In this document: one piece after another, positions 53,001 to 64,000 of the stretch
Layout: each line of letters begins with the position of its first letter
Position numbering within the stretch: position 1 is the first letter of the stretch
Source: Podarcis tiliguerta
Lineage: Eukaryota
DNA: 64,000 nt
Assembly: GCA_965153285.1 (NCBI GenBank)
Contig: OZ229120.1
Direction: 5' to 3' (one strand)
The notes under the pieces: model-generated
The model's database searches: none
Told to the model about the DNA's origin: nothing
Seen by the model: the letters and a program-made list of their open reading frames with translations, nothing else
Made by a program: the position numbers and the translations under genes

Positions 53001-53795
53001 CACACACAGACACACACGCACGACAAAAGAAAGGGGGGCGGGCGGGGAAGAGATGCATTGCGATAGGGGGAAAGGGGAATTTAAAGGAAATTATTTTGGC
53101 TCATTCTGAAAAGTTTTTTTTTTTTAATGATCAGATTTCTCTTTGGGATATTTCGCCCCCCCCTCCGGTCTTCCTTCCTTCCAAAAATAACCCTGATTAG
53201 GAATTACGATACTTGGACTGGATTCCATTGTTTAATGGCTGCAAGGAGATGGCTAAGGAGAGTCCATAAGGACTGTGAGTATTTAAAAAATACATTTATG
53301 GTCCCATATGTTCCAGTTCATCAGCAGCCCCCTGTCTCCCCCTCCCACCTCGCTGCCTGTTCCCCCTCACTTTAAATATTCTCCAGGATTTAGTAATTTT
53401 TTTTAGAATAGATTTCATTCCCGTCGCAATATGACCGGTCAGGAATCGACAACCCCATTTCACATGGAGGTTCCACTCCAACTCCCATTATTTTTATTTA
53501 TTGTTTACTATTAATATATAGATACATATATTAAATTAACTTGTCCGTCCTCCTTGTGTTTTGCTTTCGCGAATGTTTTTAAACAGCCTCAGTAATGATT
53601 AATGGATAACGTAAGTAAGTGATCGGTTTTGCCGTCTTTATGAAAGGATCAATGCCTGTAAAGGAAAGTTCAAGTGAGAGAGAGAGAGAGAGAGAGAGAG
53701 AATGTGAGTTTGGAGAAGTGTATTCTGGGAACCGGGGGGGGGGGGCGACGACGACACAAATTCCCCTTCGCCAGTCCTAGAAGAATCGCTGGTTC

Positions 53796-53815
53796 GTGCT
53801 GCCATCTAGCGGACA
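53796..53815 (-). promoter_or_regulatory. CTCF motif upstream of the NR2F1 promoter
   Basis: Minus strand TGTCCGCTAGATGGCAGCAC fits the CC(A/G)(C/G)(C/T)AG(A/G)(G/T)GGC(A/G)GC core. Confidence 0.65.
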
Positions 53816-56800
53816 GGAAGAAAGCGGTGAAACTACAGTTTGTTTAGCTCCCCCCTTCCTTGTGTAGTTAAAAAATAAATAAAAAGCTTGCGCCTCCGAT
53901 GAAGGAGCAGAAAGGGACGCGAGAATATCCGAATGGCTCTTTCCCTTAATATTTGTCCCCTGCCTGCATGTTTCTATGGGGAGTAATCCTTCCCACTAGA
54001 ATATTTCTCCATTAGCTTCTAGATCTTCTGCCCCTCCTGACTTCTCCTTATTTTCCTTGTTTTCTCAACTTCCATCAAAGTTTCCACACCGGCAGAGAGC
54101 AGGGGTTGGCGGGCGGGCGGGCGGGGGCTATTCCAAAACACCGCAGCGCACTAGAGCCTAGGGCGAGAAAGAGAGAGTTGTGTGCGTCCCTTCTCAGGTT
54201 GTAAAAATATTAGGCACCAGTTAGAGAGGAGAGTCCCGCACCCGAAGACACGGTTTGCGATTTGGTGGTGAAATAATGAAGGGTGGTTTTCTCCCTCCCT
54301 CCCCCCACCCTCCGCATCAGTTTTTCCTGCCAAGCCGTCCCTATTGTAGATTGCATTGATAAAAAGGATGTTATTGACTATGCAACAGTGGGCTCTCTCT
54401 CGCCTGCCTCCTCGCCTCTCTTTTCTTTCCCAATAAACTCTCGGTCCTGTCTTCTGGTGGTCACTGAAAAGGTGAAACGAATAAGATTAAATCACACACA
54501 CACACACACACACACACCCCAGCTCTGTATGTATATCATCTAAGGTTTTACTCTCCGGACTATGGAGAGACAGGGAGGGAGAGAGGGGGAAAAAAGAGGC
54601 AGAGCAAAAGAAAGAGAGAGAGAGAGAGAAGAGGGAGGGAGAAGGGGAGAGAGAAAGAAAGCCCGGGAGAAGGTGCACAGAGAAGCACCAGCTTCTTGAC
54701 AAGGTTTCGTCGGAGTCCGGATCGCTTCCACCAGCAACTAGCAGAACCTCCGCTGGCCAAGGCAAGTAGCTTTTGCTTTCTGTAACGTGTGTTTCTGGTG
54801 GGTTTTTAGACGCTGTGAAGCAGCATCCGGCAGCAGGGAGCTGGGATCTCTCATCCCCACCCCATCCTCTTCTGATAGAGTTCCACTTGGGCAATGTAAC
54901 TTTTTTAATAAAAAACAAACAAACCACCCCCCACCTACGCTCCTTCTCCGCTTTCCTCCACCATCTCGCCTGCTTTGTCGGAGACCCTGAAAAGGCACCC
55001 AGTTCAGGCCTGGCTGGGATTTCCCCGCCAGATTTCATCTGAAGGAGAGGCGGCAGGGATGGGGGCGGGGGGGGGGGCGGAGAAGAGGGAGAGAGAGAGA
55101 GATGTAAGAAGTTAGGAAGCAGAAGCAGAGGTAGCAAAAAAATAATAATTTTTGTTTGAACAATGTTGTGGACCCCCCCCCATCCCCAGTCCTTAAGATC
55201 ATGGGACCAGCTGCCTCCGGGAACAACCTCAGATGGGAATGAGCGGGGATCGACTTGTCCAGATCCAGAGCTGAATCCCATAGTCCTCCTACTGCCTAGG
55301 TAGGCTTAAGGAAGAGGTGAACAGATCCATTCAGTGGGGCTGAGTGTTTATGCCAGGACTTTTCATCCCCTAAAGAGGGATTGCAGACGAGTGTCAGCGT
55401 GCTAATGCTGTTGTCTTTCACCTGCTCTGTTTGTTATTTGATCACCTAATGAAAAGATCGATGGCAGCCTGTTTATCTAGGGTGGTGGTGGGGAGTGTCA
55501 ACAGATTAAAGGGACAACAGGGAGATCCACCGAAGGAGAGAGAGGGGGAGACAGAAAGACCTTTATGACAAGGAAAGGCCCATTAAAAATAATTACAAAA
55601 CCCACCCTTAATTCCGATTATGTTCTGTCTCCCCCACTCCAAGATTGCCTTTGCTGTCCCTAAGGATACCACATTTCTCTTAGAATAGGTATAAAACAGA
55701 ACCCACTCAATCTCTGCTTTTATTCAGCGAAAATAGAGCGAAGCCTAGCCAATTTTATGAGTCCTTCAGGAAATCCCATCTTTTAGGGATCTGGCTGGGT
55801 CTTTGAATGGGAAATGGATAAGAATTCAGGCCGCGAGAAATGAATGGATCCTTCATTGCAAGCGGGGATCCTTAACCTCTCCAAAAGAAGCTGGCTCAAA
55901 TATAGAAATCCTTTGTCAATTTCTCCCTCCCTCTCAAACGCTCACTTTCCTCTCTCTCCGAGAGCAAAAGGAAATAAAGAAAAGTAATGTGGCCACAATG
56001 TAATTAATTGGGAAAATCCGGCTTTCCCCGCCAGCTTCTTGCGGTGCCTAAAGTATGCCCCGAAAAATAGAAGCGAGCTCTAACTTCCTCAAGACTGCCA
56101 GCCCCAATGTTGCCCTAACCATATTTACATGGAAATCGCATAGGTTTTCCGCGTCTCTTATCTGTTTTTAGAATCCCATCTTGGGCCGCAATGGGCAAAT
56201 TGGTTAAGCAGTGGGGAGTTGCTAAACCGGTTGAACTTCAGATATCAGGACAGCCGAATGGCATTTTCAGATGCAAACCAGCGAGGGTGTGTGCGAAGAA
56301 TTTAAAATAAGGCGCATCCATGGTGTTCAATAGGCGTGCGAACTGGGATGGTGGTAGAATAAAGCAGATCAGTTATGTTCAACGAGGTTGTAATATTCTG
56401 GAAGTAATGCACGGGCTCCGCTTAAGGGGTTTTGTTTTTTCCTGCGTGGGGCCAACCAGGATTCCTTTTTCGATGTTTCAGCCAAGGCTTTGTAATCTGA
56501 TAAGGTCATTTTATGGGAGAACAGAGATGCAGACAGGCTGAGCTTAAGACCACGAGCCACAGCACACTTACATAGAAGTAACCTCTGTTCATTTGAAATG
56601 GTGGGACTTACAGTCACTTTGTGGGTTCAGAAAATAAATGCTCTCCTCTCTGCGGTTGTTTTCGGAGACACCCATCTTCACTGGACCAGAGGAAAACGTT
56701 GTGTCTGTCAGAACTTTTCCTGGAACCAGGAGGGGGGGGGCATTTAAAAAACGAAACCTCCTCCCTCCGTAAAACACCCAAACCAAATATGGGCTGAAGA

Positions 56801-58180
56801 GAAGGTAATAGCAAAGCCTAGCTGGGGGATGGAAATGATCTGTACCCAGAAATATTTATCCGCTTGCAGTAACCTTTGCTTTTTTAAATTCAAAGGCCCG
56901 ATTCCTTTGCAAAAATCAAGTGTATGGCGTATGTGTGGTTTTTCAGTGCAGTACTGTATAATATATATTGACTGTGTGTTTGTGCTTGGCTGTGTATTCG
57001 AGAATCCTTATAGGGGAAAATAGCACAGGAGGGATCTTCACTCTCTCTCCCAAGTGGAGAGGAAAAAAATCTGTTACATTCTTTTAGCAACTTTGAGCAA
57101 CTCACTCCCCGTTCTGGTAAGAGATCCAGCTGCATTTCGTTAGGACATGACATTTGGGAAGTGCTTTTTAAAGCACACATATGCCATCCCCGTTCTACAT
57201 AGATCAACTTAAAACAGACCCAGAAAGCCATACGGAAGGCGTGCTTTGAATGCTGTTCTCTCACTTTCACACGCTACCAGCATGCTGGGCCGCTTGCCCC
57301 ACAAATCAGCGAGCTCACGCTTTCGACGAACTCTTGACAAGCTCTGCCTTCCAGCTTTTGGATGCCTGATCCATCAGAGAAGCCAGCCTGTCGAGGGGCA
57401 TCCCTCCCCTCGAGGACTATTTCCAGTCCTCGTCAAATATTAATTGCAGTGTAAACATTGCTGACCCACCTCTTTCCCTCCCCCCCACCTCCCCCCAAAA
57501 GCCCCCTCCTCAAGCAAAGTGCGTAGTGGCGGCGGCCTTGCTGGTTCCTCCCTCTGCCTTCCCTTGGCGAGGGCTTGGTGTCCAGCAGGGCAAGACTGTC
57601 AGCGAGCCAGGCCTTGGCAGGGAAGCCTGCCCAGCAACGCCGCTGCCACGACTAGCGGAAGTAGGCCGCATTCACCGTCTGCACTAGTGCCGGGTCACAG
57701 GCTTCCAGCGCAATGGAACTCCTGCCCGGGTGGAAAAACGAGGCGCGCCTGCCCTTACTCGACCGTCGTTTGTTATCTGCACAAATCTGCAGATTTCAAC
57801 CCCCCCTCCATCCCAATCTTATACACAATTGGCCATTCCCAGAATCCCAGCCAAAGTAGACCCAGTGGATTACAGCGCCCGTTTGTAAATAGCCACTGGC
57901 CACCTAATATTTTTTTTTTTTTTTGGGGGGGGGGCTTCTCTCTAGACAAAGCCTGATGCACTCACACGGATGCTCAGATTCGTGTGCATGGGAGGGAGGG
58001 AGGATTTCACCAGTGCCCGGATGGATCCCTGAGAGTTCTCAACTTATCTGTACTCGCTTTCCTTTATGTCCTTACTCACTTCAGGGGACCAAGTGCGAGA
58101 TGATTCCCATTTTAAATCCTGTTTGGAAACAAACAAACACGCACACAGGCGCACGAGATATTCCAGCAAATCCTCCCTCC

Positions 58181-58226
<46 letters not shown>
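58181..58226. repeat. (ATA)n microsatellite
   Basis: Seen directly; source of the poly-I stretch in ORF 57923-58321. Confidence 0.95.
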
Positions 58227-58228
<2 letters not shown>

Positions 58229-61200
58229 TATAATCATAATTTATTATTTATACCCTGCCCATCTGGAAGGGTTTTCCCAACCACTCTGGGCAGCTTCCAG
58301 CAAAATATTAAAATTACATAAATGTAAATGAAGCTGGCTGGCGTTGTGCACATGTGATATAAGTTCTAGTTAACTTACTTCCAACATCTTAATCAGACCT
58401 ACTTTTTAAAGCAGTCCTTTCTTGGAATCCCATGCCTGCACAACCCATTGGGGCTTGAAAGTAAATTCTACTGAATTCCATGAAACTTACTTCCAAGAAA
58501 ATATGTGGATACCATTCCTTCTAGGCTTTCTTACAAAAGAGAAAACGCTGCGTGTTTGCTATAAAGGCAGCTGGGCCAAGGGAGGAGAGCGTCTGGAGGA
58601 AACAGGGGCTCTAACCTGGGCAAAGGTTCCCGGTTAGGCACCCGCCAGTGGTCGAAGGCTAAAATGAAAGCTGTAAAATAGGCTGCCGAGAGTCTGGCTT
58701 TATGCTTTTGTTGTGGAGTTGTAAGAGAAGCAAGGCAAAGGAGCAAAATACCTTTCCCAAAGGTCCCGCCAACCCCCGCGGGCCTCACTAGGAGCCATTA
58801 GGCCGTATTCTGGGCTCGACTTGGCCATTTGGCACCTAGCGAAATGTCGCGCTGAGTTACCAGGTGCTTTCAGAGTGCGGCGGTCTCCTCTCAAGCAGAC
58901 GGCGGCAGCTGGCCACTGAAATCGTGGATTTGCCGACACAACAGCCAGGAAACCCAAACAAGTTGAAAACTGTGCAGAGGTCAGGGGCAGCGCGATCCCA
59001 CACCAGCTGTTTCTTTGGAACGAAGTCCCACGGAGCTGAGTGGGGGACTTATTCCCAAGAAAGGGGGGGGGGTAGGATTGCAGGTTTACAGTACAGCCCT
59101 TACTCAGGAGTAAATCCCTCTAATGTTCCCTGGAGAATATTTCCAGGAAAGGGTCCTTTGGGCCTCTTAAACCAGGCGCCGTAGTCGAGTGGCCTCGAGG
59201 GGCGCAGGAATCTCCCAGCTAACAGAGGGACCCATATTGGCCAGCTTTTATAGTGTGCCTTGATTCACGGCCGAGATGGATCCGGAAGATCCTAGCAGGA
59301 CACAGGAAACTGGCGGTCAGCAGGCTCTGCAGCCTTCCTGCGTCAGAGCTGTCTTATCCCATGCGCTCCCCACCCCGTTCCCTGCGCAAAATGGCGAATT
59401 CGCACAACCAGATATTGACTTTCCGCACAAATAAAGCTGCGGGGATCTTAAAGCGGGAAGCGATGCGACATAAGTGTGTGCGGATGCCACGAAGGGAGCG
59501 GGGTGGGGAGTGAGGACTTTCCATGAGTGTATATGGCAGCGCTGGAGAGTCTCCCTTTGGCTTCTCTGAGGATCTACCCTTCGTTTGGAGACCAGTCTTG
59601 TCATGCGCGCAACACGTAAGGCCCAGGCAAGCTGATGCCCAGATCTAGTAGGTGTGGGTGTGCGCGTGCGTGTGTAGACATTAATATCTGGCTATGCTGG
59701 GGATGAAAAGGGGGCACACTTGCGAGAGAAGTCCCCCCCCCCGTGTCTTGACAATACGATCTTCTGGCTTGTAGAATCATTTCCCATAATAGTCACCTGT
59801 CACAGCTCCCATTTCTTTTATCATAGGCATTAGCCCATCAGGAGATGAGTTCAGTTGGACTTCTCTTTTCCAGGCTAAAAATTAAAAGAACTCTCTCTCT
59901 CTGTGTAAGAAAATAAAAGATTTGCCCCACCGATTGTTCAGTTATCGCTTAGAGGCGCCGAGAGGGTGTCAAAGGGTGGGGGAGGGAATCCAGGCTTGGC
60001 TGCTGGTGTGAGCATCACCCTGAGCTCCTCCTAAACTTGATATAACTAATAAATCTGACTTTTCCCTTAAACTGTCAGGGTCGAGATGTGTTTATTACAG
60101 GCCTGTTCAGGCAGCTAAGGAGATGGGGCGGGAGGACTTTTAAGTTGGGCTTAAAAAAAAAAAGTCAATGAAACAGCTCAAGCAGACCATAAAGAATCGC
60201 GCCACACTGAAGCTGGCTATGGGGAGCATGGGGGGGGTGCGCGCGCGCGCGAGAGAGAGAGAGAGCAGCGATTGTGGGGGGGCTCATAAAAAGTACCCTG
60301 GAAGACATGGGGCTGGCAAAGCTGTGGGGGTGGTGTGTGTGTGGTGGGGGAAGAGAAATCTGCTTTATTGTTAACCCCTTGCACGGAGGCTTCTGAAGCT
60401 GAAAGGGCAAAGGAGGGGACGCTCTTTTGTCCCAGCTGATCCTCGGCTATTCTGGGGACTCAGGTTGGTGTGAAAAGGACGAAGAGGTCACTTGAAATCG
60501 CCTTTTATCTACTCCTCTTTTCTCTCTGGATCAGCAGCTTTGAATAGGCGCCATCTAATCGCTCTTCATAGAAAGAAAGTGGGGCAAGGCTCGAAAATGC
60601 CTTCACTCTAGGAAGGAGGGGACTGGCTTGCATGATTGCGCCTAGGCCTCAAGCCAGGCGGCGGCGAGCGGAGGAATGCCTCGATCCCCACCGCGTGCGC
60701 CTCGGTTGGAGACGCGGAAGGTGGCGAGAGGGGCGCGCTGCCTGCTCCCATTGCCTGCATTTCGCCCTGGCAGCAAGCAGGGTTGGGATGGAAGGAGTCC
60801 CTCGGCCTCATTGATGGACTCGTTCCGTAAATAAAATAGAATGTCCCCTCCAACCACCACTCCCCATTGGCAAACAGATACAAAGGAAACCAGAGCAGGG
60901 AACAAACCTCGAAGAGGCTTCCCGCCTCTCCCATTTTTGCAAAGTCCCTGGGAGCCGAAACAATTTTCTCAAGGCTAGGACGGAACTGTTGGTCTGGCGA
61001 GTAAAAAAAAAAAAGAGCGTCCATCCGCACTCCAGATCCCGGACTTGTTTTGTAGGCTTCGCACGAGGCCCTGCTTCGTCCACTGCTGCTGAGGACACCC
61101 AGTGAATCCGAAATAAACTGATAAGGGGGCGGGCGGAGAGAGAGCGATCTCTTGCTTCCCAATAGCTGTCATGCTAAGCTAAAGTTGAACCCACAAGACA

Positions 61201-64000
61201 CGAAAGCCAAGTCCCTGTTTGTTCAGAAACGATTTTTTTATCCCCCCCCCCAAACCCTTGTGTGGGAGATGAGTATGTGTCTTTTTTGGGGAAATAGAAA
61301 AGAAAAAAGAACCTGGTTAGAGAGAATTATTTGTTCCTTTGCATCAAAAGACAAGGCCTTCCTATTAATAGCCTAATGGCTTTGGCTGCAAGGAACCAAG
61401 AGCATTTCAGAGGCAGCTTCCAAATCCCTTTGCCAGGGAGTGGGCGGGAAATACCTCTCTACTACTGCTGCTGCCCCTCCGACTAGAAAGAGCCACCTTT
61501 GCTGTCTGAAGAGTCCAGGGATGCTTGGAAGCTGGAAATACTTCCGAATAGTGGCATGGTTGCTAGGGGCTGCCCGTTCCCACCCATGAATCTCTCCTAC
61601 CTCCCAGGGCCAACCGGGCTTCCCTGAAGGCCACCTCCTGGCCACCACGCTCCTTGGAGCGCCTTCGCGTTTAAACGCCTCCGAAAGGCTGCAGGTCAGA
61701 GCAAGAGCTCCCCATTTGACTTCGACCCTAGGGCTTCGGAGAGGCGGGGGCGGGAAGCCCCAACTCATCTCCCGGCCCAGTGCCACGAAGATTAAATTAA
61801 GTGGCGGAGAAACCTGGCGGATCTTCCGTGTGAAGCTCCGCTGGCGCGTCCAGGCGTCACTTTTAACGCCTTGCTTCCCCCCACTGTGCACAAGTCTTCA
61901 TCAGGAAGACCCTCTTAATTCCCCCCCTCCCCATCTTCAACAGAAAGGAGCGGGGAGGTCGGCTTTTCGCCTGTTCCCTCACCTACCCCCGGCCTCATTT
62001 TCTTCACTCAAAAGTAAACATAAACGTTGCTAACTGATCCGGAATTCCTGGCTGAATGCATGCGTGTGTGAGAGAGAGAGCTGGGATTCCAATCATCCCA
62101 TTTGTCACAAAGAAAATGACCGGCGGTGTATTAAGCAGAACATCTGATTTATTTGATTTAGTGCTCTGGGGCCACAGCGAAGACCCCCTAAGCAACCCCC
62201 CAATGCAGAGTTAAAATTGAAAAGGAGAAGGGCGAAGAGGAAAAAAAAATCAAACAAAACTTAGAAGCAGCATTTAAGCCTCCTCCATTTGGCAACACTG
62301 ATCACCATTCCCGAGTGGCTGGGGAAATATTGTTTTTACAAACCGCCGCAGCAGAAGGAACAAATGTTTGGGAACCACTGAACCTCTCGGTTTCGATGGG
62401 AAGGGGCAGAAATGGCAGAGAGAGAGAGAAAATCAAGGCAGTCGAAGAGAATCTGCAAAGCTGATCTAAGCTCTGGAAAAGTTTGAGCTTGGTGCGATGA
62501 CCGCTTGCAAATGCAAATGCAAATGAATAAATAAACCTCAAACCGGCTAGTTTGGGGTGCANNNNNNNNNNNNNNNNNNNNNNNNNNNNNNNNNNNNNNN
62601 NNNNNNNNNNNNNNNNNNNNNNNNNNNNNNNNNNNNNNNNNNNNNNNNNNNNNNNNNNNNNNNNNNNNNNNNNNNNNNNNNNNNNNNNNNNNNNNNNNNN
62701 NNNNNNNNNNNNNNNNNNNNNNNNNNNNNNNNNGGGGAGAAAAAAAAGGGAGACCATAAATCTATTAGCACTTGAAAAAAAGTCCATGGGGCTTGTAAGC
62801 AGCACGAACTCCTTTTCCACATTATGATTTGAGGGGAAGAATGGTGTGAGTGATAAGCGACTCTCTTCCCCAATGCAACATCTGAATTAAACCCATCCGG
62901 GAAGACAATGCAAACAAGCGGCCCGACCCACAAGCCGGAGTAGGGGATTTATACCGGGTTTGTGCCACTGGAGTGAGGACGGGTACAAATCAATCTTCAA
63001 AGCATACTGCTTTGGGATAATTGAATTTTGGGAGGGAGGGTTGTCTGACATTGGTCAATTTCAGATGCGAGCGCTTAGTTTTAAGAGAGCCGCAGAAGGA
63101 GCCGTCCGGTCTTCTCAATCAACCACGGCCATAAATCACTTTCCCTCCTTTCCCCCACCCCAGCCTGTTTCCCCACCCCAAAAGATTAGTTTAGAAATCT
63201 TTTAATTGGATTATTCTAGAAAATTAATCTCCTTTCGGCTGGCTAAATTTTGTGTACCAAATATTGAAAATTAAATCCGCCTCATTTAAGGGTGGGGGTA
63301 GGCGGGAAGAGTGAGGACTCCTGTTGCCGTTGGATGGGTTAGTTGTTGGGGTTTTTTTAAGAACGAGGACACGAGTAAGAGAAATGCCATAGGGGGCAAA
63401 AAAGAGCAACATAAGGTGTTCAGAGCTCCCAAAAAAGCAATATCACCCACCCAACAGCAGAAAGTTGGTTTTCTAGTTTATATAAGAGTGCTATTATAAG
63501 GCGATAGCACAGAGCTGGTAAGTATCCGGGATAGAAGCAGAAGACTCAGATGAGGCTTGTTGTTGTTACTATTTTAAAGAAAAGAAAAAAGCTTGCCAGC
63601 ATTGGGGGGAGTTTTTTAACCTGGAACCTCATGGGTTACTCAGAAGAGGAAACAGAGGCAAAGTGGCAGGGAATAGACCCTCTGCCTTCGAACACGCTGC
63701 TGACCGGCAACATTCTGTTCCGGGCATTTCCCCACACTTTCTCTTTCTTTTGGGGTGTGTGTGTGTGTGTACGTGAGCGAGCTAGGAGAGAGATAAAGAG
63801 AAAGAGATTCCCCCCGTCTCTTTCAAGACAAATTCTGGGCAGAGTTGCTGGAGAAGCGCGAGGAGGGTTTCTGCTTTCTTCCTCAAGCTCTCCGAGTTTC
63901 CCCATCACGTCTTCTGTTACTCCCCGCCAACCCACCTGTGACACCTGGAAGTCACACCCACACCGAAAATCAATGGGGTTTCATTCCTGTTTTGTGTGAT

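Overview
This is vertebrate genomic DNA, most likely from a squamate reptile (inferred from a CR1 LINE relic, a CORE-SINE fragment and short hairpin repeats of a lizard type). It is not prokaryotic. The window holds the complete three-exon coding region of NR2F1 (COUP-TFI) on the minus strand: CDS 50353-49921, 47222-46695 and 41039-40759, 1242 nt or 413 aa, with 140 nt of exon 2 hidden by Ns. Convergent to it, on the plus strand, is the last coding exon (9304-9446) and probable 3'UTR of FAM172A/ARB2A, an exon the ORF track misses. This matches the known NR2F1-FAM172A synteny. From about 8.8 kb to the end, the sequence is CpG-retaining and nearly free of large transposons, as expected for a developmental gene's regulatory block. 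The most notable sequence-level observations are: (1) a near-consensus 21-bp REST/NRSF element at 18720-18740; (2) a strong CTCF motif about 1.1 kb upstream of the predicted NR2F1 promoter; (3) a predicted ~2.3-kb 5'UTR with four uORFs; (4) a distant branch point upstream of exon 3, separated from the acceptor by a microsatellite; (5) CAG/polyQ tracts abutting the DNA-binding domain; (6) a YEEL rather than HEEL C-terminus in FAM172A; (7) a palindromic ATCGAT cluster. I see no evidence for a new protein-coding system. Anything new here is most likely cis-regulatory or translational, and those calls are motif-level hypotheses. Comparisons to human sequence are from memory and were not aligned.
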